Source of the DNA: an uncultured Pirellulales bacterium
Lineage (GTDB): Bacteria; Planctomycetota; Phycisphaerae; Sedimentisphaerales; Anaerobacaceae
Reading direction: 5' to 3'
Length of the DNA: 64,000 bases
Assembly (NCBI GenBank): GCA_964597035.1
Contig: CAZQWM010000008.1
Coordinates: 12,679 to 76,678, forward strand
Numbering within the stretch: the stretch's first letter is position 1; each line of letters opens with the position of its first letter. The notes beneath the pieces are model-generated. The model had not been told where the DNA came from. It saw nothing but the letters and a program-made list of their open reading frames with translations, and did no database searches. The translations under genes and the position numbers were made by a program. Positions 16,276 to 26,340 of the stretch are shown piece after piece.

Positions 16276-17955
16276 ATGAGTTTTGCCTTGTCTTCCGGAG
16301 TTACCGGCCTGCAGGCGCATCAGCAGATGCTGGATGTAGCGGGCAACAATCTTGCGAATGTTAACACGACCGCATTCAAAGCCAGTAGAATTCTGTTCTC
16401 GGAGCTTTTGAGTGAGACTATCAAAAAGGCGTCACAGCCAACGACGAATACAGGCGGTACAAATCCCGTACAGATGGGTAGCGGTGTCGGCGTATCGGGT
16501 ATTACGCCGAATATGTCGCAGGGAAACATTGTCAACACCGGTAATCCGCTCGACCTGGCGATAGAAGGTGAGGGATATTTCGTCCTCAGCGACGGCCAGC
16601 AGTACGTTTACACGCGTGCGGGTGCATTTGCAGTAGACCAGGATTCGGTGCTGGTTGACCCCTCAACCGGATACCGTGTGCAGCGTATCGGTTCTGAAGG
16701 CGAGGCGGATGGATTCCAGGTGGCCGGAGATAGTAACGTGCACGTGCCGTACGACATTGCAATGGCGGCCAAAACGACCAGTGAAGTTATAGTCGCCGGA
16801 AACCTCAGTGCCGATGCAACCCTTACGACGACACAGACAAATGTCCTCGCGTCGAATATTAAATTTACCGTAAGCAGCGGAACCTCTGCAACCACTTCGG
16901 ATGAGCTTGATACCCTTGACCAGTTTACCGCCGGCACGCTTAGCTCGGCTACGATTACAGTGTCGGGTTATGACCGTGACGGCAACCCTCTGGTCGATGC
17001 AGCCGGCTTGAGCGTTATCGATACGACGACAGTAGGCGAACTGATTACACACATAAACAGCGTCCTTGGAACGAGCGGCACGGCCTCGCTTGTCGATGGG
17101 AAAATCCAGATAACCGATACACAGAGCGGTTACAGTTTGTCGGACGTGCGCCTTACGTTTGCCAACTCAGGAGATGCTCAATTGCAGATGCCGTCGTATT
17201 TCGAGGTTACAACCGTCGGGGGCGAAGAGGTTAAAAACGTCAACATCACGGTCTATGACAGTCAGGGCGGCAAGCACGTGCTAAGCGGTGCACTTGTCCG
17301 CACCGATACGACTAATACCTGGGATATGATTCTCACCTCGATTACCGGGGATGTGCAGGAGCTGACATTGGATAATCGAAGGATAAGAGGGATTGAGTTC
17401 AATGCTTCCGATGGTTCTTTCTCGGGGCTGAACACTACGATAGGCGATACCGCTGAGTTTGTGATAACCTTTGCACACGACACCACAAATCCGCAGACGA
17501 TTGCAATATCGATGGGAACCGCCGGGCAGCTAAATGGCCTGACTCAGTTTGCAGGTAATTCCACCGCGGTAGCCAGAGAACAGGACGGCTACACCGCGGG
17601 GCGATTGTCCACCGTCTCGGTTAACAAGGAGGGCATACTCATTGGTGCATTTTCGAACGGAGTAAAAAAGGATATCGCGACGCTGCAAATAGCGCTGTTC
17701 CAGAATACCTCCGGTCTGGAAAGCATTGGGGGCAGCTATTTCATCCCGTCGGCTAACTCCGGCGGAGCGGTTGCCACTCAGGCCCTGACCGGCGGTGCCG
17801 GCTCTATCCACGGCGGCTCTCTGGAGAAATCAAATGCCGATGTTGCTACCGAGTTTATCAACCTGATTCAGGCACAGAATGGTTTCCAGGCAAATGCCAG
17901 GACCATTAGAGTTGCAAATGAAATATTGCAGGAACTGTCAACTCTAATCAGGTAA
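16276..17955 (+). CDS. flgE: flagellar hook protein FlgE
   Basis: N-terminal SGVTGLQAHQQMLDVAGNNLANVNTTAFK, an internal GYFVL...YTRAGAF segment, and a C-terminal LEKSNADVATEFINLIQAQNGFQANARTI. Confidence 0.92.
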   Translation: MSFALSSGVTGLQAHQQMLDVAGNNLANVNTTAFKASRILFSELLSETIKKASQPTTNTGGTNPVQMGSGVGVSGITPNMSQGNIVNTGNPLDLAIEGEGYFVLSDGQQYVYTRAGAFAVDQDSVLVDPSTGYRVQRIGSEGEADGFQVAGDSNVHVPYDIAMAAKTTSEVIVAGNLSADATLTTTQTNVLASNIKFTVSSGTSATTSDELDTLDQFTAGTLSSATITVSGYDRDGNPLVDAAGLSVIDTTTVGELITHINSVLGTSGTASLVDGKIQITDTQSGYSLSDVRLTFANSGDAQLQMPSYFEVTTVGGEEVKNVNITVYDSQGGKHVLSGALVRTDTTNTWDMILTSITGDVQELTLDNRRIRGIEFNASDGSFSGLNTTIGDTAEFVITFAHDTTNPQTIAISMGTAGQLNGLTQFAGNSTAVAREQDGYTAGRLSTVSVNKEGILIGAFSNGVKKDIATLQIALFQNTSGLESIGGSYFIPSANSGGAVATQALTGGAGSIHGGSLEKSNADVATEFINLIQAQNGFQANARTIRVANEILQELSTLIR

Positions 17956-17964
17956 TGTTTTGGA

Positions 17965-18996
17965 GTGAATAAAATGAATGCACCGGCTCTTATCGCCATC
18001 TGGTTAGCGGAGGGTGTACTGGGGCTTACTGCGAGAGAAAGATGGCAGGCAATGCAGCAGGTCGAAAGTGGTTCAGCAAACAACAGATGGTTTAGCATCG
18101 GTATGGTGCTTCTGCTTGTATTTTCTGCTGTTGCACTGGTGGTTGTGACTCTGCTCAGGAAGGCCCGGGAAGTCAAGAAAGCAGAAAAGGCATTTTCTGA
18201 TAACGCTGCTCGAAAGGGCTTGACCGAATCCGAATCCGACCTGCTTATGGCCGTTGCAGTCAAGGCCGGCCTTATTAAGGCCGAGGCTATTTTCAGTTCC
18301 GGTGCCGCTTTCGACAGTGGTTCTGCGGCGTTGCTTAAGGAGAGTCTTTCAGCGGGCAAGCCGACCAGCGAAACGAGTCGATTGGAAAAGCAACTTGCCG
18401 ATTTGCGAAATAAAATGGGCTTTCGCAAGGCGGCTTCGGCTCCTGCTGGGGCTCCGGCGCGACAGAGCGCTTCGGTGCCTGCAAAGGCACCGATGGCTGC
18501 AAAACCAAAGGCATCCGATTCGCGACCGGGTGAAACATCGTGGCACGAGACGGCTTTTGTGGCATTGTTTCCGTTTTCCACCAAATCGGATTCTGTTTCG
18601 CAGGTCAATTCTCAACTTCCGCAGTTCGTACCTGCGGTTGTCACCGGACTGGTCGGTCGCGTTGTCTCCCTCGAAACAACACTGCCGGCAAATGTCGGCG
18701 ACAGGGTTCTGGCTGTGATTGGGCCGACAGGTACCCGCAGTAATGGCGAACAGGTCGAATGGCTCGAAGATGTCGGACTTGTCCAGCAAAGTGCTCAGCC
18801 GGCTCAGTCAATGAAGGAAGAAAAAGCGCGTCGTCTGTCAATAGCGCTTGTCGGGCTTGAAGAAGCACAGATTGCTCAGCTTGCACAGACTACAGGAAGT
18901 ATAAAGAAAGAAAAGGTACCACAAACAGATACGCAACCTCCTGAACAGACACAAGATAAATCCCAACCCGTAGCTGCAAAGGAGCAGACGAACTAA
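17965..18996 (+). CDS. hypothetical membrane protein embedded in the hook/rod operon
   Basis: 343-aa ORF with GTG at 17965 or ATG at 17974. Two N-terminal hydrophobic segments and an A/S/P-rich linker. No family recognised. It is tightly packed between flgE and flgF, and its stop overlaps the flgF start. Confidence 0.55.
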   Translation: MNKMNAPALIAIWLAEGVLGLTARERWQAMQQVESGSANNRWFSIGMVLLLVFSAVALVVVTLLRKAREVKKAEKAFSDNAARKGLTESESDLLMAVAVKAGLIKAEAIFSSGAAFDSGSAALLKESLSAGKPTSETSRLEKQLADLRNKMGFRKAASAPAGAPARQSASVPAKAPMAAKPKASDSRPGETSWHETAFVALFPFSTKSDSVSQVNSQLPQFVPAVVTGLVGRVVSLETTLPANVGDRVLAVIGPTGTRSNGEQVEWLEDVGLVQQSAQPAQSMKEEKARRLSIALVGLEEAQIAQLAQTTGSIKKEKVPQTDTQPPEQTQDKSQPVAAKEQTN

Positions 18997-19727
18997 TGGA
19001 GCCGACGACACAGGTCAGTGCCAGTATCGATGCGTTAACGCGGGAGCTTGAGATAATCACCCACAATCTGGCCAATGCAAGCACCGCCGGATTCAAACGC
19101 AGATGCAATGCTTTCTCTAAGGCCCTCGATGCGCAGCAGGGCACAGCGGAAACGTATGAACCCGGCAACATAGACTTGGAATCGGCCTTCGATTTTTCAC
19201 AGGGCAGTCTCGTTCAGACCGGCAGGAATCTGGATTTCGCCCTGATGGGCAACGGCCTGTTTGTCGTAGAGACACCTGAGGGCCCTCTGTATACACGCAA
19301 CGGAACGTTTCAGACAAATCAGAATGGTCAGATAGTTGATTCGATGGGCAGGACCGTTGCCGGCGAGGCAGGTCCAATCACGGTGCCGGTTTCTGTTGGC
19401 CTTGCGCAGCTTCAGGTCTCGGCGGACGGCCGGGTAACTGCAGGCGACATCAACATAGGAAAGCTTCAAGTGGTGGACTTTCAGGAAAACCAGAGCAAGC
19501 TTGTCCCCGCCGGCGCGAATTGTTTTGTGATGCCTGATAAGGATATTCGACCTGAGCCCGCTGATAACGTCGTAATCAAGCAGGGTTATCAGGAAGCGTC
19601 CAACGTCATGATAGTCGATGAGCTGGTTGATATGATAATGGTTACCCGCCTCTATGAAGCCAATATGAGATACGTATCGGCCCAGAGTGAAACCTCCAGC
19701 AGCATTATGGGCGTTGCGATGGGTTGA
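18996..19727 (+). CDS. flgF: flagellar basal-body rod protein FlgF
   Basis: N-terminal rod motif LEIITHNLANASTAGFKR, internal GLFVVETPEGPLYTRNG, and C-terminal QGYQEASNVMIVDELVDMIMVTRLYEAN. Confidence 0.85.
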   Translation: MEPTTQVSASIDALTRELEIITHNLANASTAGFKRRCNAFSKALDAQQGTAETYEPGNIDLESAFDFSQGSLVQTGRNLDFALMGNGLFVVETPEGPLYTRNGTFQTNQNGQIVDSMGRTVAGEAGPITVPVSVGLAQLQVSADGRVTAGDINIGKLQVVDFQENQSKLVPAGANCFVMPDKDIRPEPADNVVIKQGYQEASNVMIVDELVDMIMVTRLYEANMRYVSAQSETSSSIMGVAMG

Positions 19728-19815
19728 CGCTTGGACTTTTTACGCAGGTGGGTGATGAGAAACGAAAAAGCTGAATCTTTTGTTCACATCAGTTAGTTTT
19801 GAGGAGCTTATTGTT

Positions 19816-20601
19816 ATGTTAAAAGCATTTTCGACGGCCGCGACGGGTATGACGGGCCAGCAGATGATGGTGGATGTTATTGCGAACAACCTCGCCAACA
19901 TCAATACCACCGGTTTCAAGCGGAGCCAAATCAATTTCCAGGACCTGCTCTATGTTAAGATGAGCCAGGCCGGCGCCGAAGTTGCTTCCGGTATAAACTC
20001 GCCGACCGGGCTTGAGATAGGCAGCGGCGTACGGGCCTCTGCAACGGTAAAAGTATTCACCGTCGGAGAGCTGGACAATACAGGCAGACCTCTGGATATC
20101 GCCATTTACGGCGATGGATTTCTTCAGGTTACGATGCCTAATGGTGACATAAGATACACGCGCGACGGGGCTTTGCAGGTAAATGCCAACGGCCAGCTTG
20201 TAAACACGGCCGGCTATTCCATAGAGCCGGCAATCACGCTGCCGACCGATGCCGTGGCTGTTGATATAGGCAAAGACGGAACGGTAAATGTAACCGATGT
20301 CGGGGGGACAACCTCGGTGGTCGGCACTTTGCAGCTTGTCCGTTTTCCGAACCCCGCCGGACTGTCGAACGAAGGGGACAACCTCTTTTCCGAAACCGAG
20401 GCCAGCGGCACGGCTGTAACGGGGACTCCGGGCGAAAACGGATTCGGCGCGATTCAGTCGAGTATGCTCGAAAGGTCAAACGTCCAGATGGTGACCGAGC
20501 TTGTCAATCTTATCACGGCCCAGCGGGCCTACGAAATCAACGCACGTGCGATTCGCGCAGGAGACGAAATGCTGCGAACCGCAACGACTATTGGCAGATA
20601 G
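19816..20601 (+). CDS. flgG: flagellar distal rod protein FlgG
   Basis: AATGMTGQQMMVDVIANNLANINTTGFKR, GDGFLQV...YTRDGAL, and LERSNVQMVTELVNLITAQRAYEINARAI. Start is the ATG at 19816, preceded by GAGGAG at 19801-19806. Confidence 0.95.
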   Translation: MLKAFSTAATGMTGQQMMVDVIANNLANINTTGFKRSQINFQDLLYVKMSQAGAEVASGINSPTGLEIGSGVRASATVKVFTVGELDNTGRPLDIAIYGDGFLQVTMPNGDIRYTRDGALQVNANGQLVNTAGYSIEPAITLPTDAVAVDIGKDGTVNVTDVGGTTSVVGTLQLVRFPNPAGLSNEGDNLFSETEASGTAVTGTPGENGFGAIQSSMLERSNVQMVTELVNLITAQRAYEINARAIRAGDEMLRTATTIGR

Positions 20602-20611
20602 TTAACGTGAT

Positions 20612-21610
20612 ATGAAGATGAAACTGTTTGGCGTTGCTGTTGCTTTGTTGCTGACCTGCTCGCAGTTGTGCTGGTCGTCGGCGCCCGACGACTCAGAAGT
20701 TTCGGCGCAGCACCCCCGGCTGATTATACATCTGCCGAGGGAAACGACCGTGGAAGGTGAGAGGTTGACTTTAGGCCAGGTCGCCGTTGTCACGGGCAGG
20801 GAGCCTTTTGCATCAAAGGCAAGAGAGATTGGTCTCGGCCGAATCTCAATCCCTGGCCAGAAGGTAACCATCGACCGCTCGCTGATACTCAGCCGGCTCG
20901 CCTGCAGCGAAATAGCTGATTGTGTTCCCGTCTTGTCGGGTGCTGATTCAGTTACCGTCAGGCATAATACTACCGTTATCACGGGTCAGAGTTTCATCGA
21001 GTCAGCTTCGTTGTTTCTTTCTGATAACATCAGGGACAAGGCCATCACAGGTTGGCAGGCAGCGCGAGAGCCGGCTAAGTTGGCCCTTCCCGAAAAGGCT
21101 CTACAAATCGATATGGTTCCGCGTCTGGTATCGCGCGGCGCAAATGGTCAGGCCGTCACCGAAGTCAGCGTGGTCGCAGACGGCAAGCTGATAGGAACGC
21201 GGCAGGTCGTGTTTCGCCCCAGGTATAATATCAGCAGGGCGGTCACAGTTGCGGAAGTGTCAGCGGGAGAGACCATAACGCCGGATAACACGAGAATTGA
21301 AAAAGTTATTTCTAACGAGCCGCCTGTGCCTGATTGGACGGTTCCTTATGGGCTTGTTGCGGTTCGCAGACTACCGGCGGGAACGGTCATCAGCCCGGAG
21401 ATGGCAGTGACCCCACGGCCGGAGGTGGTCGTCGAACGCAATCAGACCGTTGTTGTTAGGGTCGAAAGGCCGGGCCTTGTTGTAACTGCGATGGGTAAAG
21501 CTATGGAGAAGGGCCGGCTCGGCGAGTGCATAAAAGTTCGAAACCTTGATTCGCAGCGGGTGATATTGGCTAAGGTCAATGAAGATGGAACCGTTGAGCC
21601 GGTTTTTTAG
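20612..21610 (+). CDS. flgA: flagellar P-ring assembly chaperone FlgA
   Basis: Signal peptide, and a C-terminal SAF/FlgA pattern (VVAVRRLPAGTVISPEM...ERNQTVVVRVERPGLVVTAMGKAMEKGRLGECIKVRNLDSQRVILAKVNEDGTVE). At 332 aa it is longer than typical FlgA. Confidence 0.8.
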   Translation: MKMKLFGVAVALLLTCSQLCWSSAPDDSEVSAQHPRLIIHLPRETTVEGERLTLGQVAVVTGREPFASKAREIGLGRISIPGQKVTIDRSLILSRLACSEIADCVPVLSGADSVTVRHNTTVITGQSFIESASLFLSDNIRDKAITGWQAAREPAKLALPEKALQIDMVPRLVSRGANGQAVTEVSVVADGKLIGTRQVVFRPRYNISRAVTVAEVSAGETITPDNTRIEKVISNEPPVPDWTVPYGLVAVRRLPAGTVISPEMAVTPRPEVVVERNQTVVVRVERPGLVVTAMGKAMEKGRLGECIKVRNLDSQRVILAKVNEDGTVEPVF

Positions 21611-21622
21611 AGGATATCGAAA

Positions 21623-22270
21623 ATGAGCCGAACTAAAGCGAATCATATTGTGAAGTCTTCGAGGCCAGGAATTGGGTTTGGTTTTCTTGTTGCTGCTCTT
21701 TGTTTAGTGCTTGTCACTGCCTGTGCACGGGGGGACTCAATCTGGGCCAAAAGAGATAAAAATAAGCCCAGCCCTTACGCCGATGATACGGCCAGAAACA
21801 TCGGCGATATATTGACCATCAAAATCACAGAAGACAGCAAGGTCGATAACAAGGCCAAGAGAGACCTCAAGAAGGATACGGACAGGTCGAACACCTTTAA
21901 CGGCAAGGTGGGCGGCTTCGCTGACCTTGGAGAATTCGGCCTGAGTGCCAAATCCACCAATGAGCTTAAGAGCAAGGCCGACTACAAGGACGAGCGCAGC
22001 TTCGAAGACAGTGTTACCGTCACCGTCGTTGATATTCAGCCCAATGGCAACCTCGTGGTTATTGGAACACGCAACCGCAACATAGGCGGCGATACTCAGG
22101 TCATTGAAATCAGCGGTATCGTTCGACCGAGCGACATCGCGTTCGACAACACGGTAGAAAGTGAAAAGGTGGCCGATTTTCGCATCGTCAGCAGAAACGG
22201 TGGTGTTTCCGAACCGTACACAAGGCCCGGATGGCTTGGCAGAATATTCGATATCATCTGGCCTTTCTGA
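21623..22270 (+). CDS. flgH: flagellar L-ring lipoprotein FlgH
   Basis: Lipobox LVTAC. FlgH motifs: ADDTARNIGDILTIKITE, VTVVDIQPNGNLVVIG...IGGDTQVIEISGIVRPSDI, and GWLGRIFDIIWPF. Confidence 0.92.
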   Translation: MSRTKANHIVKSSRPGIGFGFLVAALCLVLVTACARGDSIWAKRDKNKPSPYADDTARNIGDILTIKITEDSKVDNKAKRDLKKDTDRSNTFNGKVGGFADLGEFGLSAKSTNELKSKADYKDERSFEDSVTVTVVDIQPNGNLVVIGTRNRNIGGDTQVIEISGIVRPSDIAFDNTVESEKVADFRIVSRNGGVSEPYTRPGWLGRIFDIIWPF

Positions 22271-22314
22271 CAACCTATGAAGATTCACTGTGCAGTTTTT
22301 GAGGATAGCTGCTT

Positions 22315-23421
22315 ATGAGATACCGTTTGATTGTGCCGCTGGCAATGTTGCTTGGTTGTTCTGGTCTCGGATTATGCGAGCGCATCAAAGACGTTGTTGA
22401 TATTCAGGGTATTCGCGGCAATCCCCTTTCAGGTGTCGGCCTGATAATCGGACTGGCGGGCACGGGTGATGCCACACAGCCGTCGCGTCAGATGCTGACA
22501 AACATATTACGTGACTCAGGCCTGGTGTTGTCGCCGAAGGATTTGACCGGGGGCAATATCGCCGTTGTGATGGTTACTGCTGAGCTTGGAGCTTTCTCAC
22601 GGGTCGGCTCGCGAATAGATGCCGATGTTTCAGCCATTGGAGACGCAAAGAGCTTGCAGGGGGGAATGCTGCTGCCTACGCCGTTAAAAGGTCTCGATGA
22701 CCAGGTTTACGCCGTGGCACAGGGCGGGATTTCACTGGGCGGCTGGGCCGCTGGTGGCAGTGAGGCCTCAATCTCAAAGAACCATCAGACGGTCGGCAGA
22801 ATACCCGATGGCGCCATCGTCGAGATGGCTGAGGTTGCGACGTTCGTCGAGCGGATTGCCGACCAGAGGTTCATCACGCTCAATCTCAGGAATAGCGATT
22901 TTACAACCGCACAGCGCATCAGCAATATGGTTAATATAGCGAGCCCTGATTGTGCTGCGGTGGTCGATGCTGGCACCATCAGGGTGAGAATTCCTGACCA
23001 GGTCGAAGCTGCCGGAATAGCTGGCTTCATTGACGATATAACCCGGCTGGAGGTCGTCGTCGATGTGCCCGCAGTCGTGGTGATAAATGAGCGGACCGGA
23101 ACAATTGTGGTCGGCGAAAATGTCAGCATATCAGGAGTGGCGATTTCCCAGGGCAGTCTGGTCGTCAAAATCAAGGAGACTGAGATTGTCTCTCAGCCCA
23201 CGGCGCCTTTCTCTGATGCAGGCTCAACAGAGAGAGTGCCCGACACAATCATAGGTGTCGAAGAAAAACAGGGCTATCTGATTCCGGTCTCCCGCTCGGT
23301 TACCGTCTCGGACCTTGCCAAGACGCTCAACGCCATCGGGGCGACGCCGAGAGACCTTATCGCGATATTTAATGCTTTGAAAAAAGCCGGAGCTTTACAG
23401 GCCCGGCTGGAGATTATGTAG
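22315..23421 (+). CDS. flgI: flagellar P-ring protein FlgI
   Basis: RIKDVVDIQGIRGNPLSGVGLIIGLAGTGD, LQGGMLLPTPLKG, VINERTGTIVVGENV, and LIAIFNALKKAGALQARLEIM. Confidence 0.95.
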   Translation: MRYRLIVPLAMLLGCSGLGLCERIKDVVDIQGIRGNPLSGVGLIIGLAGTGDATQPSRQMLTNILRDSGLVLSPKDLTGGNIAVVMVTAELGAFSRVGSRIDADVSAIGDAKSLQGGMLLPTPLKGLDDQVYAVAQGGISLGGWAAGGSEASISKNHQTVGRIPDGAIVEMAEVATFVERIADQRFITLNLRNSDFTTAQRISNMVNIASPDCAAVVDAGTIRVRIPDQVEAAGIAGFIDDITRLEVVVDVPAVVVINERTGTIVVGENVSISGVAISQGSLVVKIKETEIVSQPTAPFSDAGSTERVPDTIIGVEEKQGYLIPVSRSVTVSDLAKTLNAIGATPRDLIAIFNALKKAGALQARLEIM

Positions 23422-23429
23422 GTGAATCT

Positions 23430-23807
23430 ATGGATGGCGTGAACCTCATATTGACGACGCCCGTTATGCCGCCAACACTGCTCGAAAAGATAGCGGCTGA
23501 CGGACTTAACGGTATCGCACGTAAGACCGGTTCGTCTGAAGCAGATACCGCGAAAACAGAAAAGCTGGCAAAAGACTTTGAGTCGGTCCTGCTGACAAAG
23601 CTGTTCGATGAAATGAAGGAAACCGTCGGTAACTGGGGTTTCGAGGAGGATGCTGCGTCAGGGCAGGTGCAGGGATTGTTCTGGCTTTACCTCGCACGTG
23701 ACGTTGCGGACAAGGGCGGCCTCGGATTGTGGAAAGACCTACAGCAGTTCTTTAACGACCTGCAAAATCAAAATCAATCCCCACAATCGCTGGATGAGAG
23801 TTTATGA
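23430..23807 (+). CDS. flgJ: rod-binding protein (FlgJ N-terminal-domain type, no muramidase domain)
   Basis: AKDFESVLLTKLFDEMKETV fits the FlgJ rod-binding domain motif. The ORF is only 125 aa, with no glycoside-hydrolase part. Confidence 0.8.
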   Translation: MDGVNLILTTPVMPPTLLEKIAADGLNGIARKTGSSEADTAKTEKLAKDFESVLLTKLFDEMKETVGNWGFEEDAASGQVQGLFWLYLARDVADKGGLGLWKDLQQFFNDLQNQNQSPQSLDESL

Positions 23808-24325
23808 CTGAACAGTCATCCGAATTATCACAAAAAGTTCGGGAGCTGCTCGATGTCCTCGACCGGGATATCGAACAGATAGAACGCGCAACCTCCCGGC
23901 TGAACGAGCTTCGGGAATTAGTGATAAAGCGCGACGAACAGGCGCTTGCCCGGGTTCTCGAAAAGATACGAACCGAGGCACAGGACTATCAGGCAAACGA
24001 GCAGCAACGCAGTTTGATACGTCAGCAGCTCTCAGGTCTGCTCGGCTGTAAGGGGGACAGGTTAACGCTGTCCGTGCTTCAATCGCGAATAGCCGAGCCG
24101 GCAAAGAGTGCTGTTGCTGGAATTCAACAAAAGCTAAAGACACTGGTGAGACGTTTGCAGACCGAATACGTTTCCACGGTCACATTATTGTCGGATTGCG
24201 CAAGGATAAATGCGATTCTTTTGAAAATTGTCTTCGACCGCGGTCAGACCGGCCCGATTTGCTACGATTCGACCGGCTCGGCCTCAAGAGAGTCCGACGC
24301 CGCATTTATGAATATGCGACTTTGA
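23804..24325 (+). CDS. flgN: FlgN-like flagellar export chaperone
   Basis: All-helical 173-aa protein (LLDVLDRDIEQIERATSRLNELRELVIKRDEQALARVLEKI) directly upstream of flgK-flgL, the usual FlgN position. Its start overlaps the flgJ stop. Confidence 0.6.
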   Translation: MTEQSSELSQKVRELLDVLDRDIEQIERATSRLNELRELVIKRDEQALARVLEKIRTEAQDYQANEQQRSLIRQQLSGLLGCKGDRLTLSVLQSRIAEPAKSAVAGIQQKLKTLVRRLQTEYVSTVTLLSDCARINAILLKIVFDRGQTGPICYDSTGSASRESDAAFMNMRL

Positions 24326-24352
24326 CGGGCTTTAGACGGATAAGTACAGCGA

Positions 24353-26314
24353 ATGTGGAATTTTGATATAGGATTGAGCGGACTCGATGCAGCCCGCAGA
24401 GGGCTTGACGTTGTCGGCAATAATATCGCCAACGCCGCCACCGAGGGATATCACCGCCAGAGAGTGGACCTGGTCACCGCTTTCTCGCGATGGGAAGGCG
24501 GACTGCTTATTGGTGGAGGCGTCGAGGTCGCCGGTATTACAAGGATGATAGATGAATTCCTCGAAGCTGAGATTCTCCGTCAGCAGTCTTCGCTCGGCCA
24601 GGTTTCACAGGAATCCTCAACGCTCAGCAGCGTGGAATCGGCCTTTGGAGAGCTGACGGGTAATACGGGTCTCAATGCCGCCATAGACCGGTTCTTCAAT
24701 TCCTTAAGCAGTCTTGGTGCCAATCCCGACCAGGTTGTTTACCGCAACGACGTGCTTTCCTCGGCGGATGCAATGGCCAGCCAGTTCAGAATGCTCGGCG
24801 ACTTCCTGACAAACCTCGAATCGCAAATCAGACTGCAGGCCAAAAACATCATCGGCAGGACCAACGAATTGGCTTCGCAGATTGCCAAGCTTAATGAAAA
24901 TATACAACAAGTAGAGATGGGCGGCACCGAAGCGGGCAACCTGCGTGACCAGCGAGACCAGCTCATAAGCCGGATGTCCGAGCTGATGGGGGTCCAGACG
25001 CAGCAGAGAGAATATGGCGTCGTCGATGTCGAGGCCGGCGGTATCCCAATAGTTATGGGCACAAATACACTGGAGCTTGAAGTCGGCCTTAATAATGACG
25101 GTAAGCTCGGTATTACCCCCGTCGGCGCATACAATTACCAGACTCAGATTCAGGGCGGAAAACTCGCCGGTCTTATGACTCTGCATAATACCACTCTTGC
25201 TGACATTCATAGCGACCTCGATACACTTGCTCTGGCGATAATTCAGCAGGTCAATCAGTACCACGTCGAGGGAGTCGGCTCCGACGGCTCGTTTACCGAG
25301 CTGACCGGCTGGGCGATGACAAGCCAAAACCTCAGCGATTTTGACCCGCCTATAAGCGACGGTGCTTTGTTTATTCGCGTAATCGATACCACTACCGGTG
25401 AAGTAACCCGCCATCAAATTGATATCGATGCTTCGAGTGATACATTGACCACGGTTGCATCGGCCATCTCAGCCATCACGGGGCTAAATGCAACGGTATC
25501 CGGCTCACGGTTAAGCATTCAGGCCGATTCCGGCTATGAATTTGACTTTCTTCCTGCGGTGCTGTCTGAGCCGACGGCCCAGACTTTCACCGCCGGTTCG
25601 CCGCCGAGCGTTTCAGTATCCGGTATTTATACCGGCGCCGAAAACCAGACCTTTACACTCACGGTGGTAGGCAGCGGGACCGTTGGAAATGCCCCGTTGT
25701 TGCTTGAGGTAAGAGACGAATCATTGCAGCTTGTCGATACGCTCAACATCGGCACCGGTTATGCAGCCGGTGACCTGCTTGATTTCGGCAACGGAATCAA
25801 AATAGCCGTCGGCACAGGTGACCTCAACAATGGTGACAGCTTTGAGATAGCTGCCTTTGCCAGTTCCGATACATCGGGATTACTGGCGGCGGTTGGTCTC
25901 AATACCTTTTTCTCAGGTGTAAACGCATCCAGTATGGAACTGTGCAGCGATGTCTCGGAATCGCCCGGTCGGATAGCGACCTCTCTTGGTGCGGATATGA
26001 CCGACAATGCCAACGCATTAAAATTGGCCTCGGTCAGTGAGCTGCAGATTAACGAGCTGGACTCGCTTACCGCCGGCCAGTTTTACCGCAAGCTCGTCTC
26101 CGATATCGGGCAGCAGTTGTCAATCAAGCAGATGTCGCAGGACAGCATCGAGACCCTTCTGCAGAGCTTGACGAACCAGCAAAGCGAAATCAGTGGTGTG
26201 GACATTAACGATGAAGCCGCACAGATGCTTGTCTTTGAACGGATGTTCGAGGCGATGGCCAAGTATCTAAACACCGTTCAGTCAACGATAACTACTATTA
26301 TGGAGTTGCTATAA
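24353..26314 (+). CDS. flgK: hook-associated protein 1 FlgK
   Basis: N-terminal GLSGLDAARRGLDVVGNNIANAATEGYHRQ and C-terminal SGVDINDEAAQMLVFERMFEAMAKYLNTV. Confidence 0.9.
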   Translation: MWNFDIGLSGLDAARRGLDVVGNNIANAATEGYHRQRVDLVTAFSRWEGGLLIGGGVEVAGITRMIDEFLEAEILRQQSSLGQVSQESSTLSSVESAFGELTGNTGLNAAIDRFFNSLSSLGANPDQVVYRNDVLSSADAMASQFRMLGDFLTNLESQIRLQAKNIIGRTNELASQIAKLNENIQQVEMGGTEAGNLRDQRDQLISRMSELMGVQTQQREYGVVDVEAGGIPIVMGTNTLELEVGLNNDGKLGITPVGAYNYQTQIQGGKLAGLMTLHNTTLADIHSDLDTLALAIIQQVNQYHVEGVGSDGSFTELTGWAMTSQNLSDFDPPISDGALFIRVIDTTTGEVTRHQIDIDASSDTLTTVASAISAITGLNATVSGSRLSIQADSGYEFDFLPAVLSEPTAQTFTAGSPPSVSVSGIYTGAENQTFTLTVVGSGTVGNAPLLLEVRDESLQLVDTLNIGTGYAAGDLLDFGNGIKIAVGTGDLNNGDSFEIAAFASSDTSGLLAAVGLNTFFSGVNASSMELCSDVSESPGRIATSLGADMTDNANALKLASVSELQINELDSLTAGQFYRKLVSDIGQQLSIKQMSQDSIETLLQSLTNQQSEISGVDINDEAAQMLVFERMFEAMAKYLNTVQSTITTIMELL

Positions 26315-26340
26315 CACGCGATTTTAATGAGTGATAACAA

